Source of the DNA: an uncultured Actinomycetes bacterium
GTDB taxonomy: Bacteria; Actinomycetota; Actinomycetes; Streptosporangiales; Streptosporangiaceae
Direction: 5' to 3'
NCBI GenBank assembly: GCA_963830385.1
Contig: CAWHMD010000013.1
Span: forward strand, 20,626-84,625
DNA: 64,000 nt
The stretch's first letter is position 1, and each line of letters begins with the position of its first letter. A program made the translations under genes and the position numbers. The notes under the pieces are model-generated. The model had not been told where the DNA came from and did not search any database. It saw nothing but the letters and a program-made list of their open reading frames with translations. Positions 18,455 through 29,659 of the stretch are shown here, in pieces.

Positions 18455-19000
18455 ACTGTCAAGATGACAGACTGTGACTCTCAGTAACAGTTTCGGCTGG
18501 GGGTGGCGGGAGATGGCGTGGGCTTTGGCCTCCAGGAGTTTCAAGATCCATCATGCTCGGGTCCGGCCGGCCACCGGGGTAAGGCCCAGGGCAGCTGGAT
18601 GGGTATTTGGTTACGCAGGGTGGTATCACGAGGGCTCTGCCGCAACTTCCAGGAATCTGGAAAGTACCTTCGACCCCTGGCTCACACGGGCTCGCACGTT
18701 CCATTCGCCCCGGAGTGGGAAGAACCCATCCGACCCCGCACAGTAATCGCGACCCACGGGATCGAGCGCTGGCGTTTTTCAGCCCGCTCCCGCGCGAGCA
18801 CCCAGAGAAGTGGCACCCCTTTTCCATGCGAAAGAGCAGCACCAGCACCGCAAACGGCGGGCTGAAGGCCGTCGGCGGCCAGCCTGAGCGGGAGGCAGGG
18901 CCGCGTGGGGGGTTCCGGGGGGTCGTCCCCCCGGGCCAGCACGGCGCGGGCAAAAACGAAAGGTGGCCGCCGGCCAATGACCAGCGACCACCAACTCGCG

Positions 19001-19083
19001 TGGGCGAGGAGGGATTTGAACCCTCACGTCCTTTCGGACACACGGACCTGAACCGTGCGCGTCTGCCGTTCCGCCACCCGCCC
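19001..19083 (-). tRNA. tRNA-Leu (anticodon CAG), class II with long variable arm
   Basis: Reverse strand reads GGGCGGGUGGCGGAACGGCAGACGCGCACGGUUCAGGUCCGUGUGUCCGAAAGGACGUGAGGGUUCAAAUCCCUCCUCGCCCA. It has a 7-bp acceptor stem (one G-U), anticodon loop UUCAGGU and T-loop GGUUCAAAUCC. CCA is not encoded. Same position as leuT next to fhaA in M. tuberculosis. Confidence 0.9.
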
Positions 19084-19168
19084 GGGCGCGGAAAGAAGGT
19101 TAGCACGACCCCGAGTGCACTCAGGCCCCGGATACGATCAGAGGCGAGTTGCGAAGGGAGGTGCCACG

Positions 19169-19927
19169 GTGGGAGTTCTGCAGCGCTTTGAGCGGCGGCT
19201 CGAAGGCATGGTCGAGGGGGCCTTCGCCCGTGCCTTCAAATCCGAGCTACAGCCGGTCGAGGTAGCCAGCGCCGTGCAGCGCGAGATGGATGACCGGGCG
19301 GCGATCGTGGCGCAGGGCCGCACCCTGGTGCCGAACGACTTCGTGGTCGAGCTGGCCGAGAGCGACCATGACCGTCTCGACGTGTACGCGGACAGCCTCG
19401 GCGTGGAGCTGGCCAACCTGGCCCGGGACTACGCCAAGGAGCAGGGCTACTCGTTCGTCGGCCCGGTGCGGATGCGCTTCGAGGGCGTGAACGACCTGAC
19501 CACCGGAACGTTCCGGATCCGGTCGGGCGTCATCCGGGGCTCCACGGTCGAGGGCGGGGAGATCCGCCAGCCCGCCAGTGACCTGCCGCAGCCGCGGGGC
19601 GGTGATTTCGCCGGGCGTCCCCACCTGCTCGTCTCGACCGACAACCCGAACGGCGGCGGACGCCAGCAGCGGACTTATGACCTGGTCACCGCCACCACCC
19701 TGCTGGGCCGGGGTACCGACTGCGACCTCCGGCTCGTCGATCCGGGCGTTTCCCGTCACCATGCCGAGTTGCGGGTTGAGGGGGGCGAAGTCGTCCTGGT
19801 CGACCTAGGCTCTACCAATGGCACGTTCGTCAACGGGCAACCCATCAAGCATGTCGTGCTCACCGACGGCATGCAGATCACCCTGGGCCGCACCACCCTG
19901 GTCTTCCGCAGGGACAGCAGTTACTGA
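19169..19927 (+). CDS. fhaA: FhaA (DUF3662 + FHA domain protein)
   Basis: GGAGG-N7-GTG start. N-terminus VGVLQRFERRLEGMVEGAFARAF. C-terminal FHA TLLGRGTDCDLRLVDPGVSRHHAEL...GSTNGTFVNG. Confidence 0.9.
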   Translation: MGVLQRFERRLEGMVEGAFARAFKSELQPVEVASAVQREMDDRAAIVAQGRTLVPNDFVVELAESDHDRLDVYADSLGVELANLARDYAKEQGYSFVGPVRMRFEGVNDLTTGTFRIRSGVIRGSTVEGGEIRQPASDLPQPRGGDFAGRPHLLVSTDNPNGGGRQQRTYDLVTATTLLGRGTDCDLRLVDPGVSRHHAELRVEGGEVVLVDLGSTNGTFVNGQPIKHVVLTDGMQITLGRTTLVFRRDSSY

Positions 19928-19954
19928 CCCGTCAGGCAGGGACCTCTCACTGGA

Positions 19955-20443
19955 ATGACCGAGCTCACCCTCACCCTTATCCGGGTGGCCTTTCTCGCCG
20001 TGCTCTGGCTGTTTGTCATCGCGGCGATCGGAGTCGTCCGCACGGACCTCTCCGGCAATTCCAGTGGCCGGTCACGGCTGGCCCGGCGGCAGGCGACCGC
20101 GCCGCGGCCGATGCCCAGGCCCAACGGCAAGCCGCAGCGGTCCCGTCGCGGACAGTTGCATACGCTCGTCGTAACCGGCGGCGCGCTCAAGGGAACGACC
20201 ATTGATCTCAACGAGCAGCAAATTACGCTCGGCCGGTCAAATGACGCTACGCTCGTCCTCAACGACGACTACGCTTCAAGCCACCACGCCCGGATTTTCC
20301 CGCAGGACGGGCAGTGGATCGTTGAAGATCTCGGTTCAACCAACGGCACGTACCTGGATCGCCAGAAAGTGACGCGACCTACTCCGGTGCCGGCGGGCGT
20401 GCCGGTCCGTATCGGCAAGACCGTTCTGGAACTTCGCAGATGA
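19955..20443 (+). CDS. fhaB: FhaB/FipA (membrane FHA domain protein)
   Basis: N-terminal TM helix, then the FHA motif ITLGRSNDATLVLNDDYASSHHARI...GSTNGTYLD. Stop overlaps the pstP start. Confidence 0.85.
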   Translation: MTELTLTLIRVAFLAVLWLFVIAAIGVVRTDLSGNSSGRSRLARRQATAPRPMPRPNGKPQRSRRGQLHTLVVTGGALKGTTIDLNEQQITLGRSNDATLVLNDDYASSHHARIFPQDGQWIVEDLGSTNGTYLDRQKVTRPTPVPAGVPVRIGKTVLELRR

Positions 20444-21993
20444 CACTTGCACTCCGCTACGCGGTACGTTCCGACGTCGGACTTCTCCGCGAGGGGAACG
20501 AAGACTCGGCGTACGCGAGCCCCCGCCTGCTCGCCGTCGCGGACGGCATGGGCGGCCATGCCGCCGGCGAGGTGGCCAGCGCCGTGGCGATTGCCTCGGT
20601 GGCGGCGCTGGACGGAACGGTCCGCGGCGGCGACCTGCTCGGCGCGCTGAAGGAAGCGGTGCACTCCGCCAGCGACACCCTGCACCAGATGGCGTCGGCC
20701 GATCCGGCCGTCGAGGGCATGGGGACCACGCTGACCGCGATGCTGTGGGCGGGTCAGGGCTACGCGCTGTGCCACATCGGCGACTCCCGCGGCTACATGC
20801 TGCGCGACGGCGAGCTCTACCAGATCACCCACGACCACTCCCTGGTGCAGTCGCTGGTCGACGAGGGCCGGCTCAGCCAGGAGGAGGCGGCTACCCACCC
20901 GCAGCGCTCGCTGATCCTGCGCGCGCTGGACGGGCGCGGCGAGGCCGAGCCCGACCTGTCCATGCGCAAGGCCATGCCCGGCGACCGGTACCTGCTCTGT
21001 TCCGACGGCCTGTCCGACGTGGTCAGCGCGGAGACGCTGCACCACACGCTGAGCACGATCCCGGACCTGGACGACGTGACGGTCCAGCTCATCGAGCTGG
21101 CCATCCGGGGCGGCGGCCCGGACAACATCACCGTGGTGGTGGCCGACGTCGTCGACGACGAGACCGACACCCGGGCACCCACCACCGTGCCGATCATGGC
21201 CGGCGCCGCCTCGCACGGGAACGCCGCCGACCTCAGCCTGCTGGCGCGCAGCGACAGCCCGGCCGGGCGGGCCCAGATGCTGGCCCACACCGCGCCGCAG
21301 CCCTCGGTCATGCTGGATGAGCCGCGGACCGGGCCGGACGGCTGGGCCGGGGCCGAGCAGGAGCCCGAAGGCCCGGACAGCTGGCCGGCCACCCAGAGCC
21401 AGCCCGAGTACCGCAACGGCCACCGGGCCCGGCGCCAGCGACGGCGGCGGCGGTGGCCGATCGTGACGATGGCGCTCGTGGTGCTGGCCGCGGTGGTGAT
21501 CGGCGGCGGGTACGGGGCCTGGGCCTACACCCAGCACCAGTACTACGTGGGCACCAATCAGGGCCACGTGGTGATCTTCAAGGGCGTCAACCAGAAGGTC
21601 GTCGGCATCAGCCTGTCCAGCGTGTACTCGCGGTCGTCGCTGACCGAGCAGCAGGTCCCGCCGCAGGAGCTGTCGATGGTCCAGGGCACGATCTCGGCCA
21701 CCAGCCTGGCCGACGCGCACCGGATCGTCGGCCAGCTGCAGTCCCAGGACGCGGTGTGCCGGACCGCCTACGGCAGCCGCAACGACTGGGTGACCCAGCA
21801 GGCCGCGCTGGCCGCGGCGGCCAAGGCCAGTAAGAAGGCCAAGCCGTCGGCGTCACCGGAGCCGACCGTCCCGTCCGACTGCCCGTCGGCGACCGTGCTC
21901 GGCGTGCCCTCGCCGGCCGTGTCTCCGTCGGCGTCCCCCGCACCGTCACACTCGGCCTCCCCCACCCCGACGGCTAGGAAGGGCACGTCGTGA
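20440..21993 (+). CDS. pstP: PP2C Ser/Thr phosphatase PstP with C-terminal TM and extracellular tail
   Basis: RSDVGLLREGNEDSAY, AVADGMGGHAAGEVAS, GGPDNITVVVADV, then TM WPIVTMALVVLAAVVIGGG. Confidence 0.9.
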   Translation: MTLALRYAVRSDVGLLREGNEDSAYASPRLLAVADGMGGHAAGEVASAVAIASVAALDGTVRGGDLLGALKEAVHSASDTLHQMASADPAVEGMGTTLTAMLWAGQGYALCHIGDSRGYMLRDGELYQITHDHSLVQSLVDEGRLSQEEAATHPQRSLILRALDGRGEAEPDLSMRKAMPGDRYLLCSDGLSDVVSAETLHHTLSTIPDLDDVTVQLIELAIRGGGPDNITVVVADVVDDETDTRAPTTVPIMAGAASHGNAADLSLLARSDSPAGRAQMLAHTAPQPSVMLDEPRTGPDGWAGAEQEPEGPDSWPATQSQPEYRNGHRARRQRRRRRWPIVTMALVVLAAVVIGGGYGAWAYTQHQYYVGTNQGHVVIFKGVNQKVVGISLSSVYSRSSLTEQQVPPQELSMVQGTISATSLADAHRIVGQLQSQDAVCRTAYGSRNDWVTQQAALAAAAKASKKAKPSASPEPTVPSDCPSATVLGVPSPAVSPSASPAPSHSASPTPTARKGTS

Positions 21994-23435
21994 GCAGCGT
22001 CGCGACGTCGGACAACAATCCGACGCTCGGCGGCGTTCCTGACACTCCGGTAGCGAGGCCGCGGGGACGCCGCACGACCGAGCTGCTGATGCTGGTGTTC
22101 TCGGTCGTGCTGGTCGCGTTCGCCTACGTGAACGTCGGGCTGGGGCTCAAGGGCACGGTGCCGCCCGGGATCATCGAATACATCATCGGCTTCACGGTGC
22201 TGCTGGCCATCGCCCACATCGTGGTGCGCTGGCTGGCCCCGTACGCCGATCCGCTGCTGCTGCCGCTGGCCGCCACCCTGAACGGCCTGGGCATCGTGAT
22301 GATCTACCGGCTGCAGGAGTCCGGCCGCAACGGCAACCCGGGCCAGACCATCAGCACGCTGAGCTCGAACGCCACCGTCCTGCAGGTCTTCTACTCGGCC
22401 GTCGGGATCGGCTGTTTCGTGGCGGTGCTGGTGCTGTTCCGCGAGCCGCGGGTGCTGCAGCGCTACACCTACCTGTTCGGCCTGGTCGGCATCCTCCTGC
22501 TGGCACTGCCGGCGCTGCTGCCCGCCAGCATCAGCGAGGTGCAGGGGGCCAAGATCCAGGTCCGGCTGGGCAGCTTCTCCCTGCAGCCGGAGGAGTTCGC
22601 CAAGCTCGCCCTGGCGGTCTCGTTCGCCGGTTACCTGGTGGCCAAGCGGGACGTGCTGTCGCTGGCCGGCCTGCGGGTGCTGGGCATCGACCTGCCCCGC
22701 GCCCGCGACCTCGGCCCGGTGCTGGGCGTGTGGGGCGTGAGCCTGCTGCTGCTGGTCTTCGAGAGCGACATCGGCACCTCGGCCCTGTTCATGGGCCTGT
22801 TCGTGGCCATGCTGTACATCGCCACCCAGCGCACGTCGTGGCTGCTGATCGGTTTCCTGCTGTTCATCGGGGGCGCGTTCGCCGCCAGCAAGCTGTTCAG
22901 CCACGTGGGTGAGCGGTTCCAGATCTGGCTGCACCCGTTCTCCGGCGGCAACCCCTACGGGAACGCCTACCAGCTGGTCCAGGGCCTGTACGGGATGGCT
23001 TCGGGCGGGATCCTGGGCAAGGGCCTGGGGGCCGGCCAGCCATACCTGACCCCGCTGGTCCAGAGCGACTTCATCACCACCGCGTTCGGCGAGGAGATCG
23101 GGCTGACCGGGCTGATGGCGATCCTGCTGCTGTATGGCCTGATCGTGCAGCGCGGGCTGGCCACCTCGCTCGCGGTCAAGGACCCGTTCGCCAAGATCCT
23201 GGCCGGCGGCCTGGCGTTCATGCTGGCCCTGCAGGTGTTCGTGATCGTCGGCGGGGTCACCCGGCTGATCCCGCTGACCGGTATCACCACCCCGTTCCTG
23301 GCCCAGGGAGGCTCCTCACTGCTCGGCAGCTGGATGCTGATCGCGCTGCTGATGCGGCTGAGTGACACGGCCCGGCGGCCACCGCCGCAGCCGATCCAGG
23401 ATGAGGGCATGACCCAGGTGGTGAACCTGCCGTGA
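21990..23435 (+). CDS. rodA: SEDS glycosyltransferase RodA (FtsW/RodA/SpoVE family)
   Basis: Polytopic protein with the QPEEFAKLALAV and TDFITTAFGEEIGLTG motifs. Coupled to pstP and pbpA. Confidence 0.9.
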   Translation: MSSVATSDNNPTLGGVPDTPVARPRGRRTTELLMLVFSVVLVAFAYVNVGLGLKGTVPPGIIEYIIGFTVLLAIAHIVVRWLAPYADPLLLPLAATLNGLGIVMIYRLQESGRNGNPGQTISTLSSNATVLQVFYSAVGIGCFVAVLVLFREPRVLQRYTYLFGLVGILLLALPALLPASISEVQGAKIQVRLGSFSLQPEEFAKLALAVSFAGYLVAKRDVLSLAGLRVLGIDLPRARDLGPVLGVWGVSLLLLVFESDIGTSALFMGLFVAMLYIATQRTSWLLIGFLLFIGGAFAASKLFSHVGERFQIWLHPFSGGNPYGNAYQLVQGLYGMASGGILGKGLGAGQPYLTPLVQSDFITTAFGEEIGLTGLMAILLLYGLIVQRGLATSLAVKDPFAKILAGGLAFMLALQVFVIVGGVTRLIPLTGITTPFLAQGGSSLLGSWMLIALLMRLSDTARRPPPQPIQDEGMTQVVNLP

Positions 23436-24901
23436 ACCGAGCGGTACGCCGGATCTCCATCGCCGCCCTGATCATGTTCGTCCTGCTGCTGGCCAACATC
23501 AACTACCTGCAGGGCTTCGAGGCGAGCGCGCTGAGCAGCAAACCCGGGAACTCCCGGGCGTTCGCCGCGCAGTTCCAGTACCAGCGGGGCGAGATCGTGA
23601 CCTCCGACGGCGTGGTCGTCGCCCGGTCCAAGGCGGTCGGCGGCATCTACAAGTACCAGCGGGTCTATCCCTCCGGGCAGGAGTATTCGCCGGTCACCGG
23701 CTACGACGCGCTCTACGGCGCGAGCGGCGTCGAGAAGACCGAGAACTCAGTGCTGAGCGGCAACTCCTCTTCGCTGGCCGTGCGCAACGTGATCGACATG
23801 ATCACCAACAAGCCCCGCAAGGGCGCGACGGTCCAGCTCACGATCAACTCCAAGGCCCAGAACGCGGCCTGGAGCGCGCTGCAGTCCGGCGGCAAGTCCG
23901 GCGCGGTGGTGGCCATGGACCCCTCCACCGGCAAGATCCTGGCCATGGCGTCGTACCCGTCGTACGACCCGAACCAGCTGGCGGTGCTGGACGGCACCCA
24001 GCTCAACAACAACGACAAGGCGCTGCTGAACGACAAGAACCAGCCGCTGCTGAACCGGGCGACCAGCGCGACCTACCCGCCCGGGTCGACGTTCAAGATC
24101 GTCACCAGCTCCAGCCTATTCAGCCAGGGCAAGGGCTCGCCGAGCTCGGTGGTGGACGCGCCGACCAGCTTCACCCTGCCGCAGAGCAGCACCAAGCTGA
24201 TCAACAACAACGGCGAGGCGTGCGGCTCGATGGGCAACGGCAAGGCCACCATCGACGTCGCGTTCACCGAGTCGTGCAACACCGCGTTCGCCAACATCGG
24301 CATGCAGCTCGGGTCGGCCGCGTTGAAGAGCGAGGCCGAGAAGTACGGCTTCAACAACCCGAACCTGACCATCCCCACCTCGGTCGTGCCCAGCAACTTC
24401 CCGCTGGAGCCGGCGCTGTCCTTCACCGCCATGTCCGCCATCGGCCAGAAGGACGACACGGTCACCCCGCTGCAGGAGGCCATGATGTCGGCCGCGATCG
24501 CCAACGGCGGCAAGCTGATGCGGCCCTACCTGGTCCAGCAGGTCCAGGCGGCCGACCTCAGCATCGTCGACTCGGCGTCGCCTCAGGTGCTGAGCCAGCC
24601 GGTCAGCTCGAGCGTGGCCGGCCAGATCAAGACGATGATGCTGCACGTGGTCAGCCAGCCGGACGGCACGGCCGCCGCGTTCAACAACGCGATCCCCGGG
24701 GTGCAGATCGCCGGCAAGACCGGCACCGCCCAGAACGGGGTCAACAACAGTGGCCTGAACGATGCGGTTTTCACCTGTTTCGCCAGTAACGGCAACCGTT
24801 CCATGGCGGTGGGCGTCATCATTCAGGGCGGCGGTTACGGCGCTGCGGCGGCTGCCCCCATTGCCGTCAGTGTCCTCAAGGCTTACCTGGAGAACGGGTG
24901 A
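23432..24901 (+). CDS. pbpA: Class B penicillin-binding protein PbpA
   Basis: Transpeptidase motifs STFK (PPGSTFKIV), SxN (ESCNTAF) and KTGT (AGKTGTAQ). Confidence 0.9.
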   Translation: MNRAVRRISIAALIMFVLLLANINYLQGFEASALSSKPGNSRAFAAQFQYQRGEIVTSDGVVVARSKAVGGIYKYQRVYPSGQEYSPVTGYDALYGASGVEKTENSVLSGNSSSLAVRNVIDMITNKPRKGATVQLTINSKAQNAAWSALQSGGKSGAVVAMDPSTGKILAMASYPSYDPNQLAVLDGTQLNNNDKALLNDKNQPLLNRATSATYPPGSTFKIVTSSSLFSQGKGSPSSVVDAPTSFTLPQSSTKLINNNGEACGSMGNGKATIDVAFTESCNTAFANIGMQLGSAALKSEAEKYGFNNPNLTIPTSVVPSNFPLEPALSFTAMSAIGQKDDTVTPLQEAMMSAAIANGGKLMRPYLVQQVQAADLSIVDSASPQVLSQPVSSSVAGQIKTMMLHVVSQPDGTAAAFNNAIPGVQIAGKTGTAQNGVNNSGLNDAVFTCFASNGNRSMAVGVIIQGGGYGAAAAAPIAVSVLKAYLENG

Positions 24902-26424
24902 ACGATCACCTGCTGGGCGGACGTTATCGGCTGAGCAGCCGGATAGCGGTCGGCGGCATGGGCGAAGTGTGGCGTGGCACCGACGAGCTGCTGGACCGCG
25001 CGGTGGCCGTCAAGCTGCTGTCGGCGGCGCACGCCACCGACGAGGCGTTCCGGGCCCGGTTCCGGGCCGAGGCCCGCTACGCGGCTTCGCTGTCTCACCC
25101 GAACATTGCCCAGGTCTTCGACTACGGCGAGATGTCGGGTCCCGACGAGGCCCCGCCCGGCCTGCCGTCCGGTGGCGCCTATCTGATCATGGAGCTGGTT
25201 CAGGGCGAGCCGCTGTCGGCGGTGATCGCGCGGCAGGAGCGGCTGTCGGCCGGCGACACCCTGCGCATCGTGAGCCAGGCGGCCGACGCGCTGGCGGCCG
25301 CGCACGAGGCCGGCATCGTCCACCGCGACATCAAGCCCGGGAACCTGCTGGTCACCAGCGACGGCACCACGAAAATCACCGACTTCGGCATCGCCCGCGC
25401 AATGTGGGCCGCGCAGGCGTCCCATCTGACCCAGACCGGCATGGTCATGGGTACCGCCAGCTACGTTTCCCCGGAGCAGGCCACCGGCGGGACGATCACG
25501 TCCGCCTCGGACATCTACTCGCTCGGGGTCGTCGCTTACGAGTGCCTGACCGGTGAACCGCCGTTCACGGCCGAGACCCCGGTCGCGATCGCGGTCGCGC
25601 ACATGCACCGGCCGGTACCGCCGCTGCCGGACGACGTGCCCGCGCCGGTGGCCGATCTGGTCACGAACATGCTGGCCAAGCGGCCGGAGGACCGGCCGCA
25701 GACGGCCCACTGGGTGGCGGACCGGGCCCGGCAGCTGCGCAGCTCGCTGCCCAGCACCCCGGACCTGCCGGCCGACATGGACGTGGCCGGGCTGACCGAG
25801 ACCGCGGCCGTCGGCGCCGCGGCCTTCGCGGCGGCCGGGCAGGCGACCGACCCGCGCGACGCCGGGGCCGCTCTGACCCGGAACGACATGGGCCGCCCGG
25901 GCGCGGCCACCCCGCCGCCCCGGCCCCCCGCCCACACCGCGGGCCACAGCCGAGGCGGCAGCGGCCGCCGCCGGCGCGCCCTGATGGCCGCGGGCGTGAG
26001 CGTGGTGGTGGCCGCCATCGGCGGCACGGTGGCGGCGTTCATGCTGGCCGGGAGGCCGATGAACCAGGTCGGCAACGTGAGCCCGGCCAGTTCCGCGACG
26101 CCCGGCACGAGCGCGAGCCCCACGACCACGACGATCAGCCCGACACCCACGCCGAGCCGGGAAAACGGCGTCGGCTACCGGAGTACGCCTACTCTAGGGG
26201 TGGGCGCCGGGGCGGGCGGCAGGATCAGCCCGTCCTCGGTGATCTCGCCGACGAAAGTTAAATCGACAAAAACTAAGAAGAGTTCTCCTCCACCGACGAC
26301 GAAGCCGCCGGTCACGCCGACGACTCAGCCGCCGACAACAACGCCGCCGACAACAACGCCGCCGACGCAGGGCAACGGCGGTGGCGGTAACGGCCACGGC
26401 CCCGGGCCAAATGGGAAGACCTAG
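24898..26424 (+). CDS. pknA: Ser/Thr protein kinase PknA with TM and Thr/Pro-rich extracellular tail
   Basis: GGMGEVWRG, VAVKLL, HRDIKPGNLL, DFGIAR, SPEQA. TM ALMAAGVSVVVAAIGGTVAAF. The tail includes a 15-bp tandem repeat (gccgccgacaacaac, 26328-26366) encoding PPTTT repeats. Confidence 0.85.
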   Translation: MNDHLLGGRYRLSSRIAVGGMGEVWRGTDELLDRAVAVKLLSAAHATDEAFRARFRAEARYAASLSHPNIAQVFDYGEMSGPDEAPPGLPSGGAYLIMELVQGEPLSAVIARQERLSAGDTLRIVSQAADALAAAHEAGIVHRDIKPGNLLVTSDGTTKITDFGIARAMWAAQASHLTQTGMVMGTASYVSPEQATGGTITSASDIYSLGVVAYECLTGEPPFTAETPVAIAVAHMHRPVPPLPDDVPAPVADLVTNMLAKRPEDRPQTAHWVADRARQLRSSLPSTPDLPADMDVAGLTETAAVGAAAFAAAGQATDPRDAGAALTRNDMGRPGAATPPPRPPAHTAGHSRGGSGRRRRALMAAGVSVVVAAIGGTVAAFMLAGRPMNQVGNVSPASSATPGTSASPTTTTISPTPTPSRENGVGYRSTPTLGVGAGAGGRISPSSVISPTKVKSTKTKKSSPPPTTKPPVTPTTQPPTTTPPTTTPPTQGNGGGGNGHGPGPNGKT

Positions 26425-26471
26425 CCCTGACCAGGGGCCAGTGATGAGACAACGCGGGATGGTTTGGCAAA

Positions 26472-28316
<1,845 letters not shown>

Positions 28317-28367
28317 CGATCACGAGAACGGCTAGCGGCCGCCGGAACGGCTGGCGGCCGCCGGCCG

Positions 28368-28526
28368 TCAGCCGTTGATGGCGCTGCCGTCGACCGGTAC
28401 GTGCAGCTGCAGCCAGGGGAAAACGCCGAACCACAGCGCCGCCGCGGCCAGCAGCAGGAGCAGCACCATCCAGGCCGTCCTGATCCCGGGACGTCCCGGG
28501 AGTGACCGCCAGAGCCATCCGTACAC
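28368..28526 (-). CDS. Possible 52-aa single-TM small protein
   Basis: Below the track cutoff. Own translation: VYGWLWRSLPGRPGIRTAWMVLLLLLAAAALWFGVFPWLQLHVPVDGSAING, preceded by GGAGACGGAC. Lies upstream of the sortase gene on the same strand. Confidence 0.35.
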   Translation of the reverse strand: MYGWLWRSLPGRPGIRTAWMVLLLLLAAAALWFGVFPWLQLHVPVDGSAING

Positions 28527-28564
28527 GTCCGTCTCCTAACTGTGCCTGCTGATAACTGTGTCTG

Positions 28565-29215
28565 CTAACCGCGGGCCGCGGCCGAGACCAGCTGACCGGT
28601 CACGATCACCCGGTGCGTGCCGGTCCAGGCCGGGTTGCAGGTGATCAGCGTGATCAGCCGCTGCGTGGGGCGCTGGCCGGGGTCCCCGGGGACCGGGTCG
28701 ACCACCGCCGTGTCGGTCGGCAGCACGGTGTGCTGGCCGGTCACCCGGTAGGTGTAGGTGTTGAGCTTGGTGTCGATGTAGACGAGGTCGCCGGCCTTCA
28801 GCGACGGCAGGCTCCAGAAGGGGTTGCCGGCCGTGACCCGGTGCCCGGCCACGGCGAAGTTGCCGAGCTGGCCCGGGAGCTGGGTGCCCGGCACGTGCCC
28901 GGGGCTCACGTTCAGCTGGGCCAGCGCGGTGCCCTGGATGATGGTGAACCGCCAGTGCGGGCCGAAGGCCGGGATCCGGATGTAGGCGAACGGCTGCCCG
29001 GTGACCAGCGCCAGCTGTTCGGGCCGGGCTGTCCGGGCCGCGTGGCCGCCACCGGCCGCGACGCTGGCCCACTGCTGGTTCAGCTCGTTGCTGAGCTGGT
29101 GCTGGGCGCTGCTGGCGTGCAGCGCGGTGCCCCACATCAGGTACGCGACGAAGAGCAGGACGACGGCGCCCAGGGTGACCAGAAGCTCACCCAGGCCGCG
29201 GATGACGGTACGCAC
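28565..29215 (-). CDS. Class E sortase
   Basis: N-terminal TM anchor, HRVTAGNPF (catalytic His region), TLITCNP (catalytic Cys), and a late Arg. Confidence 0.8.
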   Translation of the reverse strand: MRTVIRGLGELLVTLGAVVLLFVAYLMWGTALHASSAQHQLSNELNQQWASVAAGGGHAARTARPEQLALVTGQPFAYIRIPAFGPHWRFTIIQGTALAQLNVSPGHVPGTQLPGQLGNFAVAGHRVTAGNPFWSLPSLKAGDLVYIDTKLNTYTYRVTGQHTVLPTDTAVVDPVPGDPGQRPTQRLITLITCNPAWTGTHRVIVTGQLVSAAARG

Positions 29216-29374
29216 GATTGACCCATATCGCTGAGGTGGTTTTACCGGGATGATTACTGAACGTCATTGAATATTAGCGGCTCGTGACGACATGCGCCGC
29301 CGGAACATCCGGGCCCGGCTCTGAGACTCAGGTACTACGATGACGCCACAGCCAAACAGACCAGGAGAATCACG

Positions 29375-29623
29375 GTGCCGAAGTCCCGCGTCCGCAAGAA
29401 GCCGGTGTACACGCCGCCGCCACGGTCGGTGCGGCGTAAGGTCAGCCCGCCGTGGCTGGCCCCGGTCATGGTGGCGTGCCTGGTGGTCGGCCTGATCTGG
29501 ATCGCCTTGTACTACATCACCAACGGGCAGCTGGCCGGGATGTCGGTGCTGAGCTACTGGAACATGGTGATCGGGTTCGTGCTGATCATCGCCGGAGTGG
29601 TGCTCGCCACCCAGTGGCGTTAG
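29375..29623 (+). CDS. crgA: Cell division protein CrgA
   Basis: MPKSRVRKKPVYTPPP...SPPWLAPVMVACLVVGLIWIALYY plus a second TM. AGGAG-N7-GTG start. Conserved position. Confidence 0.9.
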   Translation: MPKSRVRKKPVYTPPPRSVRRKVSPPWLAPVMVACLVVGLIWIALYYITNGQLAGMSVLSYWNMVIGFVLIIAGVVLATQWR

Positions 29624-29659
29624 GGCGCGTCCGGGCGCGCCTGACCGGCCGGCGGCCGG

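Noticed and set aside
16286-18487. 733-aa plus-strand ORF. The same judgement applies to 378-1691, 1028-2305, 2227-3720, 3477-4670, 10058-11641, 12861-14447, 15438-16679, 20269-21720, 21768-22934, 35866-37659, 39220-41283, 45295-46575, 54894-56057, 59430-60839 and 60800-62173.
   Set aside because: These are shadow ORFs typical of very GC-rich DNA. They are antisense or out of frame to genes with strong family motifs, and their products are dominated by Arg/Pro/Gly/Ala runs.
12875-19083. Mutasome cassette as a tRNA-Leu-integrated genomic island
   Set aside because: I found no direct repeat of the tRNA 3' end or an integrase by eye. The idea is retained only as a hint within the related findings, not as a mobile_element feature.
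18459-19106. 215-aa minus-strand ORF, plus 18474-18746, 18503-18865 and 18607-19191 plus-strand ORFs
   Set aside because: They run through or into the tRNA-Leu gene, are Arg/Pro/Gly/Ser-rich and show no coding periodicity. The region is treated as non-coding.
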